Shown here: piece after piece, positions 9,875-20,344 of the stretch
Numbering within the stretch: the first letter of the stretch is position 1
Layout: the number at the start of each line of letters is the position of its first letter
Source of the DNA: a virus
DNA length: 64,000 bases
IMG/VR virus record: IMGVR_UViG_3300032313_000840
Coordinates: 17,932-81,931 of that record
Reading direction: 5' to 3' (one strand)
The notes under the pieces: generated by a model
Told to the model about the DNA's origin: nothing
The model's database searches: none
What the model saw: the letters and a program-made list of their open reading frames with translations, nothing else
Made by a program: the position numbers and the translations under genes

Positions 9875-10031
9875 TAAAGTCGGGCATTGAATCCTTTTTC
9901 CAGCCCTGATCAAGGTCTGGGAAGTATAGTACTAGCCCTGCGCGTTCTTCTAAGGTATTCCGCGCCCCACCTCTGATTACTGCTAGGGTATCAGTTATCC
10001 CTATACAGTTTTATAGTCTTTAATTGTCAAA

Positions 10032-10103
10032 AGCGGGAGAAGGGATTCGAACCCTCGACACTTGGTTTGGAAAACCAACACTCTACCACTGAGTTACACC
10101 CGC
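10032..10103 (-). tRNA. tRNA-Gly(TCC)
   Basis: GCGGGTG acceptor, TTGGT-TTTCCAA-ACCAA. Confidence 0.92.
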
Positions 10104-10109
10104 AAAAAT

Positions 10110-10235
10110 TTACTTCTTAACCTTTTTTGCCTTCTTCTTTTTCTTGAAGATTGCTTCAAAATTCTTACCATATTGCTCCAAATTTACAGGTCTTGGAGAA
10201 CTTCCTTTTCCAGCACCATGTGATCCGTAATCCAT
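10110..10235 (-). CDS. small basic phage protein (GKGSSPRP motif, 41 aa)
   Basis: Leaderless ATG after TTGACT..TATACT; heads the tRNA/tmRNA operon. Confidence 0.6.
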   Translation of the reverse strand: MDYGSHGAGKGSSPRPVNLEQYGKNFEAIFKKKKKAKKVKK

Positions 10236-10283
10236 GCCACTAGTATATATCATGGATACATTAAGTCAAATATAAATATTTGT

Positions 10284-11342
10284 ATGGCTCATAATTTATC
10301 TTCAGATCAGCAATATTTGTTATCGATGGTTCAACAGAACAATCCAGAAATTTTGTCTAAATTTTTGAATGAAGTGACACAACAAGAAAGAGAAGAATGG
10401 CAAGCAGCTAAAGAAAACCCACTAGGCGCAGTTCAATTGGCAAAAGCTCGTAAAGATATTTTGCACGCTACTCCAGACCAAAGAGCTGCATTAGCTGCTT
10501 CTGATGCCAAAGAAGCAAAAAGACAAGCTTCTGCCGCAGAACATTATCAGGATGTATTTGCCAGCATACCAGAGAATCCTAGTGAAATGACACCGCAACA
10601 GGCTGCTGAAGTAGCAATGTATAAAACTATGACTAATAAAAAACTAGGTGGGAACACAGCTAGAAAATTAAAAATAGCTGTTGAAACTAATCCTGATATT
10701 GATGTAGATAATGTACTTTCAAAAACAAATGATCACTTTCTTAGAACACAATCGGTACAGACTGGCAATCCTCCAGTTCCCAGTACACAAAATAAAGTAG
10801 CTTTGCGTTACCAAAAGAAAGCTGAAGAAAATGCACTTCCACTAGGAGATAGACCAATTTCTCCTTTCTATAAAACAACTCGTAATGAATTTCAAGCACA
10901 ATTTGGAAGAGACTTTGATGCATCAGGTGGTGCAACTCCAGCAAATATGAGAGGGTTGGTAAATATTAAAACAAATTTGGCGGGAAGATTAAAAGATATT
11001 GAAACTGGTTGGCAAGATAAAATGTCATGGGAAAAACAACTTGCTGCTGCTGGTAAATATAAAAACCAATTTGCAAAAATGGCAGCATCATTGGTAGCCA
11101 AAGGAGAAGCCGAAAAAGAAAATCCAGTTTACGATTACATACCAAGCGATTTTGATGTTCCCGAAGTTGGAAATCCAGGAGAACCCGAGGGAATGGAACG
11201 CACCCTTCCAACTAAGCCTGTAGATACTGGCCGCAAAACAGAATGGCTTTTTAGTGGTATTGGTGAACCTTTGGCTGGAGATAAACAAGCCTCAAATCTA
11301 TCTGGTAAATCAGTAAACCAAAAAATCAGTAGAATAGCGTAA
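10284..11342 (+). CDS. hypothetical late protein
   Basis: TATAAATA 5 nt before ATG. Confidence 0.7.
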   Translation: MAHNLSSDQQYLLSMVQQNNPEILSKFLNEVTQQEREEWQAAKENPLGAVQLAKARKDILHATPDQRAALAASDAKEAKRQASAAEHYQDVFASIPENPSEMTPQQAAEVAMYKTMTNKKLGGNTARKLKIAVETNPDIDVDNVLSKTNDHFLRTQSVQTGNPPVPSTQNKVALRYQKKAEENALPLGDRPISPFYKTTRNEFQAQFGRDFDASGGATPANMRGLVNIKTNLAGRLKDIETGWQDKMSWEKQLAAAGKYKNQFAKMAASLVAKGEAEKENPVYDYIPSDFDVPEVGNPGEPEGMERTLPTKPVDTGRKTEWLFSGIGEPLAGDKQASNLSGKSVNQKISRIA

Positions 11343-11365
11343 TTTAAGAAAAGATAAATATTATT

Positions 11366-12019
11366 ATGAAAAACAAAGGTTATTATAGCTGGATTCATGC
11401 CATCAATCAAGCTGGCTTACAAGCCCAACAAAATGGGCGTGATATGCTCAATGAAGCCAAGGCTGGAAAGATTACAGATTCTGCCAAGAAAGCTATTATC
11501 CAAGCTCAGTTGAGTCCAACACCTGCAAAAAAATTAGGTAGTCATATTGACGATGTATACATGGGTAGTAAGGGTGCACCATTAATTACGGATCCTGTAC
11601 ATGCGAGAGAAGTTGCTGGAGCCGATGAAAAAGTATATGATGAACTTAGAGCTAAACAAATACGAAATGAAATTACAAATCCAACTCCAGCATCTATAAG
11701 TTCTGGAAAACATAGATCTGTTAGATCCGAATTTGGTGTGGAAGGTCCACATTCTGGTACAGAAGAAGTTCCATATGGAAAATTACCTTACTTTGCATGG
11801 GCTCATGATTCTAAACCAACTGATGTTGATGGAGATGGTGATGCCGATGCTAAGGATGTAATACTAGATGTATCTGATAATGTAATCGGTGATGAAGAAA
11901 CCCCAGAAGATAAGTACGAAAGAGACGAAGAAGCTCGTCGCTTGAGTGATTATAGCGGACGTACTGGAGAGATGTACGAATCACTATCTCAGAAAATCAA
12001 TAGAATTTTGAAGGGTTAA
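11366..12019 (+). CDS. hypothetical late protein (DxDxDG motif)
   Basis: GATAAATA upstream; DVDGDGDAD. Confidence 0.7.
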   Translation: MKNKGYYSWIHAINQAGLQAQQNGRDMLNEAKAGKITDSAKKAIIQAQLSPTPAKKLGSHIDDVYMGSKGAPLITDPVHAREVAGADEKVYDELRAKQIRNEITNPTPASISSGKHRSVRSEFGVEGPHSGTEEVPYGKLPYFAWAHDSKPTDVDGDGDADAKDVILDVSDNVIGDEETPEDKYERDEEARRLSDYSGRTGEMYESLSQKINRILKG

Positions 12020-12279
12020 AGATCAGGATACCCGATCTCTCGGGACCATTCCCATTCTTGCCATAATAATTTAGCAAATTCGTCGTCAGGATCATGACGA
12101 CGAATTTCTATTTCTGCGATACCTTGTGCTGAGATGGCAGCATCCATTTCCCAAGATAACCAAAACCATTCCTTGGGCCGTAGTATCTGATTAGTTATCA
12201 GACAACGGATTTCTTTTGGCATATTATAACAATATAAATGCGCAAACACCATTAATTGTAGTAACGGCATATGCTTCAA
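12016..12279 (-). CDS. hypothetical protein (true start probably near 12222, MPKEIRC)
   Basis: W-rich ORF. Confidence 0.5.
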   Translation of the reverse strand: MKHMPLLQLMVFAHLYCYNMPKEIRCLITNQILRPKEWFWLSWEMDAAISAQGIAEIEIRRHDPDDEFAKLLWQEWEWSREIGYPDL

Positions 12280-12496
12280 TTGGAATGATGTCTTGGCGAA
12301 CAGTTGCAGAGTTATAAGTTATAGGAATATTAAATGTTGCTCCTGCTGATGGTCTGGCAGGATCTCCTGAAAATGCCCAAAAAGTTAAACCTGATGCTCC
12401 TGAACTAGCAATATTGGTAATTAATAAACCTTTATTTTTTGGAAGTCTGGCTGCGTTTGCGGTTGCACCGATTATTTGAGTATATTTGTCGTACAT
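12224..12496 (-). CDS. small late protein, possibly structural
   Basis: TATAAATA upstream of ATG 12496. Confidence 0.6.
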   Translation of the reverse strand: MYDKYTQIIGATANAARLPKNKGLLITNIASSGASGLTFWAFSGDPARPSAGATFNIPITYNSATVRQDIIPIEAYAVTTINGVCAFILL

Positions 12497-12541
12497 GTTA
12501 TTAATATTTATAATAACATATAACAACCTTTATAAAGGCAC

Positions 12542-12820
12542 TTATTCAAATTTCATATCCCAAAATTTGTCTAATTCTTCTTTGGTTTTGGCATAAGAGG
12601 CTATCCATATGCAATGCCAAACTTCACCATTCTGTTTGAGCACTCCCACCTGATATCCAGAATCGATGCTGTACTGAACAGCCCTGACAATATAAGGTGT
12701 CTTTTCCTTTACTTCATTTATGAAGTTTTGAACATAATCGGGATAGATTACTTCAGGAAGTTTGGGAGCCTTTTTAATTTTGCGTTTTGGTTGAGTGGAA
12801 GTTTTTCTGATTCTTGGCAT
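12542..12820 (-). CDS. hypothetical protein
   Basis: 92 aa; TAAAAATA-like late motif upstream. Confidence 0.55.
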   Translation of the reverse strand: MPRIRKTSTQPKRKIKKAPKLPEVIYPDYVQNFINEVKEKTPYIVRAVQYSIDSGYQVGVLKQNGEVWHCIWIASYAKTKEELDKFWDMKFE

Positions 12821-13013
12821 GATAAATATTTTTATGAAACAAGTAAGTGAAGGTAATGTTTACAATATGGAAACTTCTTACATGGGTCCAAATAGATCAA
12901 AAGTTGGTCTGCAAGATTGGTCCACTGAAGTTCGTAAACAATTGATGCAGCATCTGTCTGATAAGTCGCCCGAAGAAGTTGAGAAAATCATTAAAGCAAC
13001 ATTTGGAGATGTG

Positions 13014-13205
13014 TTAGACAAGCCCAAGGGTCTTTGACAATTTTTTATTGTTTCCTTTGAAGTGGCTATCAAAATAATCCTTTAATTCTTCTTTTCTTTT
13101 CAAGAATTTGTTGTATTCTTTTGTAGTCTCTTTTCCATCGGTTTCAAGTCTACCAAGTTTGTACATGGTATGGCCATATTCGTAGATGAGTTCTTCTAGA
13201 TCCAT
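13014..13205 (-). CDS. hypothetical protein
   Basis: TTGACT promoter, near-leaderless start. Confidence 0.55.
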   Translation of the reverse strand: MDLEELIYEYGHTMYKLGRLETDGKETTKEYNKFLKRKEELKDYFDSHFKGNNKKLSKTLGLV

Positions 13206-13258
13206 GAATACATTATACCCTACCGGGGAAACGAGTCAAGAAAGGTATAAATATTTTT

Positions 13259-15409
13259 ATGACGCATCCGAATAATGATTTTATCAAGAGATTTTTGGGG
13301 GAAGACAAAGTATCTCCAGAACAGCAGAAGGCTTTGTTGAAAAAACAAAGAATGGAAAATTACTATAAGTCTCTTGAACAAAAAAATATATTAGTTGAAG
13401 AAGATAAAAAAGCAATTGATTATACTACTCGTAAGATTTTTTCAAATACCAAACCAAAAACATTGGTAGATCTTCAAGAGGCAAAAAAGGCTGCTGCACA
13501 GTGGATTGAAAAATTAACACCATATGGTGTGTTCTTTTACAATAAGGAACAAGATGTATGGATGAACAATTTTGGAGTAATTAAAAAGACTCTTGATGAA
13601 CTTATTCAAATGGTACGTTCTGGATATGAAATTGTTTCCGGAGATTCTTCCACATCCTCTGAAGTAACAACCTTACAATCATTCTTTTCAGATAGTGGGT
13701 CAAAATTAGCTCTATTTAATTCTTTGGAAGAAACAGTATCGGTGTATGGCATATCATATTCACCAGCCGTTTCTACCACACTTTTAAATATAGTTAACAT
13801 AGGTGGTATTCCTTTTAGTGGATCTTCAAATGAAAAATGTTTTGTTTCCGATGATGGGGATTATTTAGTTCTTTCATCTCCAAATAATAATTCTGTATAT
13901 TTCTTTGATGTAAATGACGATGCACTGTTGCAGACAATAACCGAAGACCAACCTTTGTTTGGATCTTTAATTGCTGTGGATAAAGATTTTTATGGTATTG
14001 CAATAAGTAGCACATATTTAAATCGCAATCCTAACGTGTATGATACAAGATTAAGTGCTCTGGGGGCATCATCAAAAGTTTCATATTATGAAAGAAATTA
14101 CGATTCTTTGGCTCCAGCATCTTTTAAAAGAGTACATAGTCATAATGCATATGGCATAATGAGGAAAACTGGTATGGAGAGAGCAAATGAGTTTTTGTTT
14201 GCTCAAAACTCCGTATCAGATCAATTTGTAGACACTGGTGTTTTTAGATCAAGTGATTTAACGTGCAAAGGATATAATTTTGCAATTGCTGCCGTAGGAC
14301 TTACAGCAGATCAGATAAATTATAAATCATTTTCTTATAACTATGACTCTCAAAGATATCTACCTTTAAGCACCTATACTGATTTGTCTGGTTTAAGTCA
14401 AGGAAGTGCTCAAATGAGACTGCAATATATCAATGGTCCATCCGCAAGTCCTGCGGTACCAACTGATGTACAATCAGCAGCTTTATTGCAAATTTTAAAT
14501 TTACCTTCAGTAAAACAATTTAGCATTGTTAGAAACATAGATGGAAATTATTATAAAGATAAGTCTTATTATATGCCGGGATGCCAAGCTCCAATTTTGA
14601 CTTACAAAAACTATGCATATAATAATTTTAAAAATCAATACGGTATAACTTACTTTAATCAAAATATTGTAGGAACATTTGCAGAAAAATCATTTATACG
14701 TGGAAATGGTCAAACAATATCAAGCTATGCCCCAGTAATTGAAGAAGAAGTAATAAATACAAAAGTTGGAATAAATGATACACATACATACCATGTTTCT
14801 CAACTTGTAACGCAAAGATCTACAAACAATATTAAAAATATTAGAATATACAGATTTTCAAATACAAACGCAGCTGGAACTAATACTTTTCATTATCAGG
14901 ATTATTCAAGGCCATCATTAGTTTCTGGTGTTACTGCAGATCCATCTTTAATAGTAAATGGTCTTATAAAAATACTTTATAAAACTTCTGATGCTTCTAC
15001 TTTAGAAAATTCATTTTTTACACAGTCATCATTAACAAATGACCAAAAAACCCAACTTGGTTTAGTTGCAACCAAATCTTATTTATCCGATCCTACTGGA
15101 TACTCTACTTCTTCTGAATTTGCATATCCAATAGATCAATCTGGTATAATAGATGGAAATATACAAAATATATATGTTAGCAATGATAATATTTTTATAA
15201 ATTTTGAAAATAAAACTTTAGTATTTAAAATATTTTCAACTGGAGCAAATATTCAAAAACCTTTAATTTATCAAACTACACTAACTGAATCACTTTATAC
15301 GTATAATTTTACATATTCTGGTACAGTTAGTTATTTTTCTAAAGAAAATAAAATTTACAAATATAATGATTTTACTTTGAGTATTGATTTAATAGGGACA
15401 ATAGGATAA
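13259..15409 (+). CDS. large AT-rich late protein (putative virion appendage, beta-rich)
   Basis: 716 aa, TATAAATA upstream, S/T/N/Y-rich. Confidence 0.7.
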   Translation: MTHPNNDFIKRFLGEDKVSPEQQKALLKKQRMENYYKSLEQKNILVEEDKKAIDYTTRKIFSNTKPKTLVDLQEAKKAAAQWIEKLTPYGVFFYNKEQDVWMNNFGVIKKTLDELIQMVRSGYEIVSGDSSTSSEVTTLQSFFSDSGSKLALFNSLEETVSVYGISYSPAVSTTLLNIVNIGGIPFSGSSNEKCFVSDDGDYLVLSSPNNNSVYFFDVNDDALLQTITEDQPLFGSLIAVDKDFYGIAISSTYLNRNPNVYDTRLSALGASSKVSYYERNYDSLAPASFKRVHSHNAYGIMRKTGMERANEFLFAQNSVSDQFVDTGVFRSSDLTCKGYNFAIAAVGLTADQINYKSFSYNYDSQRYLPLSTYTDLSGLSQGSAQMRLQYINGPSASPAVPTDVQSAALLQILNLPSVKQFSIVRNIDGNYYKDKSYYMPGCQAPILTYKNYAYNNFKNQYGITYFNQNIVGTFAEKSFIRGNGQTISSYAPVIEEEVINTKVGINDTHTYHVSQLVTQRSTNNIKNIRIYRFSNTNAAGTNTFHYQDYSRPSLVSGVTADPSLIVNGLIKILYKTSDASTLENSFFTQSSLTNDQKTQLGLVATKSYLSDPTGYSTSSEFAYPIDQSGIIDGNIQNIYVSNDNIFINFENKTLVFKIFSTGANIQKPLIYQTTLTESLYTYNFTYSGTVSYFSKENKIYKYNDFTLSIDLIGTIG

Positions 15410-15412
15410 TAC

Positions 15413-17635
15413 ATGGCATTTATATCTAATTTAATATCAACGGCAGTTCCACATAATGTCGCATATGCTACATCCGAATGGCCTTATACAACCAATGATA
15501 CATTGCTTTGTACAGATCCAATTTATTTTGCAACAAATTTAACTTTATTAAATTCCTATAGAACTACTGCAGGAGTATCTACGATATCTTCTTCCAGTAT
15601 TAATGCAGGGAATGTTTATGTGTTAAAAGTATTTTTATGTGCTAGCATTGATGGAAGTTTAAATTTTGTGAATGTTGCGGCAACACAATCCTCTAATTTA
15701 ACTTCCAGCAATTTATCATCCAACATTTTTTCTCAATCACTTTCTTCATTATTTCAAAATTTAAAGCATAGTGATTTATGTGCTTCTATGACTCAAGAAG
15801 AAATTTTGCAATTATGTCGTGAATACAAAATTATTTTTAGAATTACATCACAAAGTTCTCCAGTACTCACACAGTCTGTTCAAGATGGTGATATTGTACA
15901 GGATTTTAAATTAGTTTTAGACATATCTTCTGCCGGCCCTTATGAGGTTGAATTTGAATGGCTTGATATGCTTAGTCCTTTTGATTTTACTGAAGCTGAA
16001 AGATATGCCATATATAAAAGTAATTTTAGACTTCCTGGGGCAGAAGTCCAAAGATGTTTTTACCCTAAAAATATTTCTTCTTTGACTGGCGTTCCCATTG
16101 CTATATTAATGCACGGTGGAGGCCATCAAAGTCAAATGTATGATTCATACGGTAGCCTATTAGCATCATATGGATATTTTGTAATTCAACCTACTTTTGG
16201 TGCTCCCGGAGATTATAGTGGAAGATTTTTTGGTATCTTAAAACAATTAAAAGAACAAATATCAAAAATTAAATCTGGAATTTTTTCAGGAAAGTTAAAT
16301 TACAATAAAATTGTTTTATTTGGACATAGTGCAGGTGGTGCAGCTGCTTGTAACGCAATATACTATTTGCAAGAAAATATAATAGTACCACCAGTTAGCG
16401 GTTTATCTTTTTCTGATATTTTATGTGGTATATTTTTAGAACATGCAAACCCAACCGTTCCTATTTTTTATAATAGCCCAGGATTTACATATGCCAATAT
16501 TCCTTCTATTACAATCACAGCATCTCCTTCTACAACAAACAATGCAACACCACAGTATTTTTTAAATGTAAAAGAATTAAGATCTCCTGCTTCTGCAACA
16601 GATTCTTTTAAAGCACATATTAATGTAAGACATACAGCCCATGATGATCTTGGACATCCAATATGCAGTACTCAATTATCAGTATTTTCTCCCCAAATAG
16701 AAGCAGCACCAAATGGTTCTGGTGGAATAACTTCTATAGGATATTATGTGACAGGAACAGGATATGTATTTAACTCATGTACACCAACATTAGATTGGGT
16801 ATCCCAAAATGTATTAAAGTATATAAGTATTATTTTTAAAAATAAAATTACTAATTTATTAAATAATAGTTCGAATGACTATTTGCCTTCAACAGTACAA
16901 AATTTACAAGCTAGTGCAACTATTCACCCTAAAATGACTTTAGGGTCAAATTTGTTTAATATAGATGCATTGGCAAATACTGGTGGATTTTGTGCAGGTA
17001 CCACGTATGATTTTATTAAAGAATCGTATAAATCAGACTCAACATCCACCACAAATGATTTTGTTGGATTAATAAATTCAGAATATGCAGGTGCAGTAAA
17101 TTTTAGTGATTATGTAAATCTTTATTATGATAAAGGTAATGTAGTTTTTGGTTATGACGGAACTGGAGAAAAAGGATTTACATATGCATATTCGGCTGGT
17201 TCGCCATTAGATCTTACTATAAGTAATACTGCAAAATATTTAAATGTTGTTGTAGGGCTAGCAGCATTAACATATCCAACTTCTACTTTAACAGATGTAT
17301 TATCTCAAACCTTTTATAATCATTTTTGTATACATGCTACAGATATAAACGGTCAGTCTTCTATAGTAAACAGCAAACAAAGAAACATGGGTATTCCAAA
17401 TTCAAATAAAGATGGATATGCTTATTCAGATGGAGCATATATTAATAATTTAAATATTTCATCTTCTTATATGCCTGGAACAAATTTAGCATTTAATCTT
17501 CAAGATTTTAAAATAATAAATCCAAATATTGATCTTACACAAATAACAAATCTTCGATTGCGATTTAGTCCAACACATGGAACTTCTGCATTAAGTTACA
17601 ATAGATTTGTATATAATGGGATATTTTTAAGTTAA
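15413..17635 (+). CDS. large protein containing alpha/beta-hydrolase domain
   Basis: ILMHGGG..Y...LASYGY and nucleophile elbow GHSAGG; downstream HTAHDD. Confidence 0.72.
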   Translation: MAFISNLISTAVPHNVAYATSEWPYTTNDTLLCTDPIYFATNLTLLNSYRTTAGVSTISSSSINAGNVYVLKVFLCASIDGSLNFVNVAATQSSNLTSSNLSSNIFSQSLSSLFQNLKHSDLCASMTQEEILQLCREYKIIFRITSQSSPVLTQSVQDGDIVQDFKLVLDISSAGPYEVEFEWLDMLSPFDFTEAERYAIYKSNFRLPGAEVQRCFYPKNISSLTGVPIAILMHGGGHQSQMYDSYGSLLASYGYFVIQPTFGAPGDYSGRFFGILKQLKEQISKIKSGIFSGKLNYNKIVLFGHSAGGAAACNAIYYLQENIIVPPVSGLSFSDILCGIFLEHANPTVPIFYNSPGFTYANIPSITITASPSTTNNATPQYFLNVKELRSPASATDSFKAHINVRHTAHDDLGHPICSTQLSVFSPQIEAAPNGSGGITSIGYYVTGTGYVFNSCTPTLDWVSQNVLKYISIIFKNKITNLLNNSSNDYLPSTVQNLQASATIHPKMTLGSNLFNIDALANTGGFCAGTTYDFIKESYKSDSTSTTNDFVGLINSEYAGAVNFSDYVNLYYDKGNVVFGYDGTGEKGFTYAYSAGSPLDLTISNTAKYLNVVVGLAALTYPTSTLTDVLSQTFYNHFCIHATDINGQSSIVNSKQRNMGIPNSNKDGYAYSDGAYINNLNISSSYMPGTNLAFNLQDFKIINPNIDLTQITNLRLRFSPTHGTSALSYNRFVYNGIFLS

Positions 17636-17668
17636 TATCTTTAAATTTATTCAAATATAAATAATATT

Positions 17669-18430
17669 ATGAAACACCTTGAACAATATTACCGTAATCT
17701 TTCCGAGCAACTTGAGCGCCAAATTGCCATTCTTGAAGCCAAACTCAAGGATAAGAAGAAGGGCAAGAAAGAAAAGTTAGCCGGTAAGGACTATGACAAG
17801 GACGGAGAACTTGAAACTTCTAAGGAAGAGCACAGGGGTGCTGTTGACAATGCAATTAAGAAGGCTGTTGCCAAGAAGAAGGGTGTTCTCAAAGAAGGCC
17901 GCGAAGTCTCAACCGGAAACATCGTATATGGTGGCTTCCCAAGAGTCATGAATGAATCCCAAGAATCCTATCTGGTTCCTGTTCAGTCAACCCCAAATTC
18001 AGGTGCGCTTCCACCCCAAAAGCCAACCAATTTGATGCCAATGGATAATAATAGTAATGGTATACATGATAAATTAGATGCAATAACATGGAATGCGAAA
18101 GCATATGGCACACCATATCCATCAGAATCATTTGCTGCTGCTGCTTCAGCTGCCATAGCTGCTGGTGATGCAGTAGGAAAGCTTCATGCTACTGCCAGAA
18201 CTGCAATGGGTCCAAATTACCAAGAAAGAGGATTTTTAAAAGATCCAGCATTTTTAGCTGCACGTGAAAAACAATTAGCAGCAGAAGCAGCAATGAAAGC
18301 ACATCCACATTATGGTGAAGCCCAAAAAGGTCATCCATCAACTCGTAGAGGTCCTTTAACAGATGAAGAAAGAACTGAAATGCGTGGTTACGGAATGCCC
18401 GGGTCTGGTTCTAGATGGACTGGCGACTAA
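17669..18430 (+). CDS. late protein, YYxNLxEQL N-terminal family
   Basis: TATAAATA upstream; MKHLEQYYRNLSEQLE; DYDKDG. Confidence 0.7.
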   Translation: MKHLEQYYRNLSEQLERQIAILEAKLKDKKKGKKEKLAGKDYDKDGELETSKEEHRGAVDNAIKKAVAKKKGVLKEGREVSTGNIVYGGFPRVMNESQESYLVPVQSTPNSGALPPQKPTNLMPMDNNSNGIHDKLDAITWNAKAYGTPYPSESFAAAASAAIAAGDAVGKLHATARTAMGPNYQERGFLKDPAFLAAREKQLAAEAAMKAHPHYGEAQKGHPSTRRGPLTDEERTEMRGYGMPGSGSRWTGD

Positions 18431-18509
18431 TCCCCTGTAAAGATCGCAAGGTCTTTCGACCCCTTCTAATCTCTGCGCAGAAGGGGTTTTTCTTTCCATA
18501 AATAATTCT

Positions 18510-19364
18510 ATGATCAAGGCTGTAGGCGACAAATTTTATGTTATGGACTCCACAGGTAAAAAAATACTGGGAAAACATGCCTCTAAGAAGAAAGCAATTG
18601 CCCAACTACAGGCCATTGAAATCTCAAAGCACAGAAATGAATCAAGAATTTTAAGATTTTCTGAATATCTTTCAGAAAGCCTACAGACTCTTCAATATCA
18701 TGATGTATTGAATCCAGATCTTTGGGATGGTTTTGAACTCAAGGATGATGTAAGACAAAAGTTGCTTGAGATAGGTGATGAATGGAGCCATTGGGCCAAA
18801 TTGCCATTACATGCAATCAAGGATTATATTTTTGTTGGAGGCAATGCAAACTTCAATTACACACCTCAGTCAGATGTCGATCTGCACATTCTAATTGATT
18901 CAAAGGTTATTGCTGACTGCCCAGAGTTTATTGAAGATTACTTCAATGACAAAAAGGATTTGTGGAAACTCAAACATGACATATCAATCTACGGCCATCC
19001 CGTAGAGATTTATGCACAAGATATAAACAACAAGATTCCAGAGAATCAAGGAGTCTACAGCCTGACAAAGAATGAATGGCTGTCCAAACCAGTTCATTTA
19101 GATATTGATATAAACAACATTGCCAATGATACTGATGTCGAAGAATTAAAAACCAAAATAGATTCTTTGATTGCACAAAATGCAGACACCACAGAAGTTC
19201 AAGAACTAAAAGATCAGATCAAGGCAATGCGTGGCCAAAGCATCTCTGCAAAGGGAGAGTTTGGTGAAGGCAATCTGATCTTCAAAGAACTTCGTAATCT
19301 TGGATATCTTGACAAGATGAACGATTATATCGAATTGAATAGAGATAAAAAATTATCTCTTTGA
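18510..19364 (+). CDS. polymerase-beta-like nucleotidyltransferase
   Basis: GGNANFNY..SDVDLH, VEIYAQD; N-terminal LGKH.SKKKA..QL.AIE module. Confidence 0.78.
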   Translation: MIKAVGDKFYVMDSTGKKILGKHASKKKAIAQLQAIEISKHRNESRILRFSEYLSESLQTLQYHDVLNPDLWDGFELKDDVRQKLLEIGDEWSHWAKLPLHAIKDYIFVGGNANFNYTPQSDVDLHILIDSKVIADCPEFIEDYFNDKKDLWKLKHDISIYGHPVEIYAQDINNKIPENQGVYSLTKNEWLSKPVHLDIDINNIANDTDVEELKTKIDSLIAQNADTTEVQELKDQIKAMRGQSISAKGEFGEGNLIFKELRNLGYLDKMNDYIELNRDKKLSL

Positions 19365-19625
19365 TCAACGTTCGACTGCTTCAACCCAATCTTGGTGCAC
19401 TAGATGATTTCCTTGAAATCCATCTTTGATCTTTGATAGATCCCAAAGAATCACATCACCTACTTGAATGTCTTCAGTGAGTTTGTTGCCGACTGCCAAT
19501 ACCTTTGCACGAATGATCTTGTATTTAGATCTCTCTTGAAAGATAATTCCGGCTTCAGTGGTTTTTTCTCCACCAACCAAAGACTTTGCGACGATCCACT
19601 TGCCGATAGGTTTCATATTACTCAT
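19365..19625 (-). CDS. groES: GroES/gp31-like co-chaperonin
   Basis: MKPIG.WIV...KTTEAGII...VLAVG...IQVGDVI. Confidence 0.8.
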   Translation of the reverse strand: MSNMKPIGKWIVAKSLVGGEKTTEAGIIFQERSKYKIIRAKVLAVGNKLTEDIQVGDVILWDLSKIKDGFQGNHLVHQDWVEAVER

Positions 19626-19739
19626 ATTATTTCTTTCTTGAATCACTAATCATGCACCAGATGCCATAACCGATTAACCAAAAACCAGGAATGGATGCAA
19701 CAGTACATATTAATAATACTATAATTTTCTCAGTCATAA

Positions 19740-19810
19740 TTCCTCAGATAGGATTCGAACCTATACAAAGAGATCCAAAGTCTCTGGTGCTACCATTACA
19801 CTACCGAGGA
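19740..19810 (-). tRNA. tRNA-Gln(TTG)
   Basis: AGAGA-CTTTGGA-TCTCT, GTTCGAATC. Confidence 0.9.
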
Positions 19811-20344
19811 GTGAATTTTAGCGCAATAATTATTCATAATAATTGAACTTGCGCAACCAACATTGATGCTTCTTACAGATCCGTACTGAGGGATATACAA
19901 GACATCATCACACATACTTAGCACATCCGTAGGAACGCCAATTTGTTCCTGCCCAAAGATCATAATATAATGCACATTTGGATCAAAGTCAAATGCATTT
20001 ACATCCTTGGCTTCAGGAATGTTGTCTATTCCAATTAGTCTGACTGGTCCTGATTCTTGCTTGGATTCAAAATAAGATCCAAGATTATCAATACTTCGTA
20101 CATGATAAAAATTGGTATAATGGTGAGTACCAACAGTACCACGACGATCATATTTTTTATGCCCATAGATTACTACTTCTTTCGCAAGAAACGCATTAGC
20201 ATTTCGAATGACCGTGGCGATATTAAAGTCATTGCCAATATTGCAACACACAACACTGAAGTTATGTCTTTTAGTATCAAGGTCAGCCCTGATTGCATCG
20301 TCGTTCCAATAATGGTAATGATCAATAATATTACGAGTTTCCAT
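19796..20344 (-). CDS. SpoU/TrmH-family RNA 2'-O-methyltransferase
   Basis: N.ATVIRNANAF, FGQEQIGV, IPQYGSVRSINVGCA. Confidence 0.88.
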   Translation of the reverse strand: METRNIIDHYHYWNDDAIRADLDTKRHNFSVVCCNIGNDFNIATVIRNANAFLAKEVVIYGHKKYDRRGTVGTHHYTNFYHVRSIDNLGSYFESKQESGPVRLIGIDNIPEAKDVNAFDFDPNVHYIMIFGQEQIGVPTDVLSMCDDVLYIPQYGSVRSINVGCASSIIMNNYCAKIHSSVV

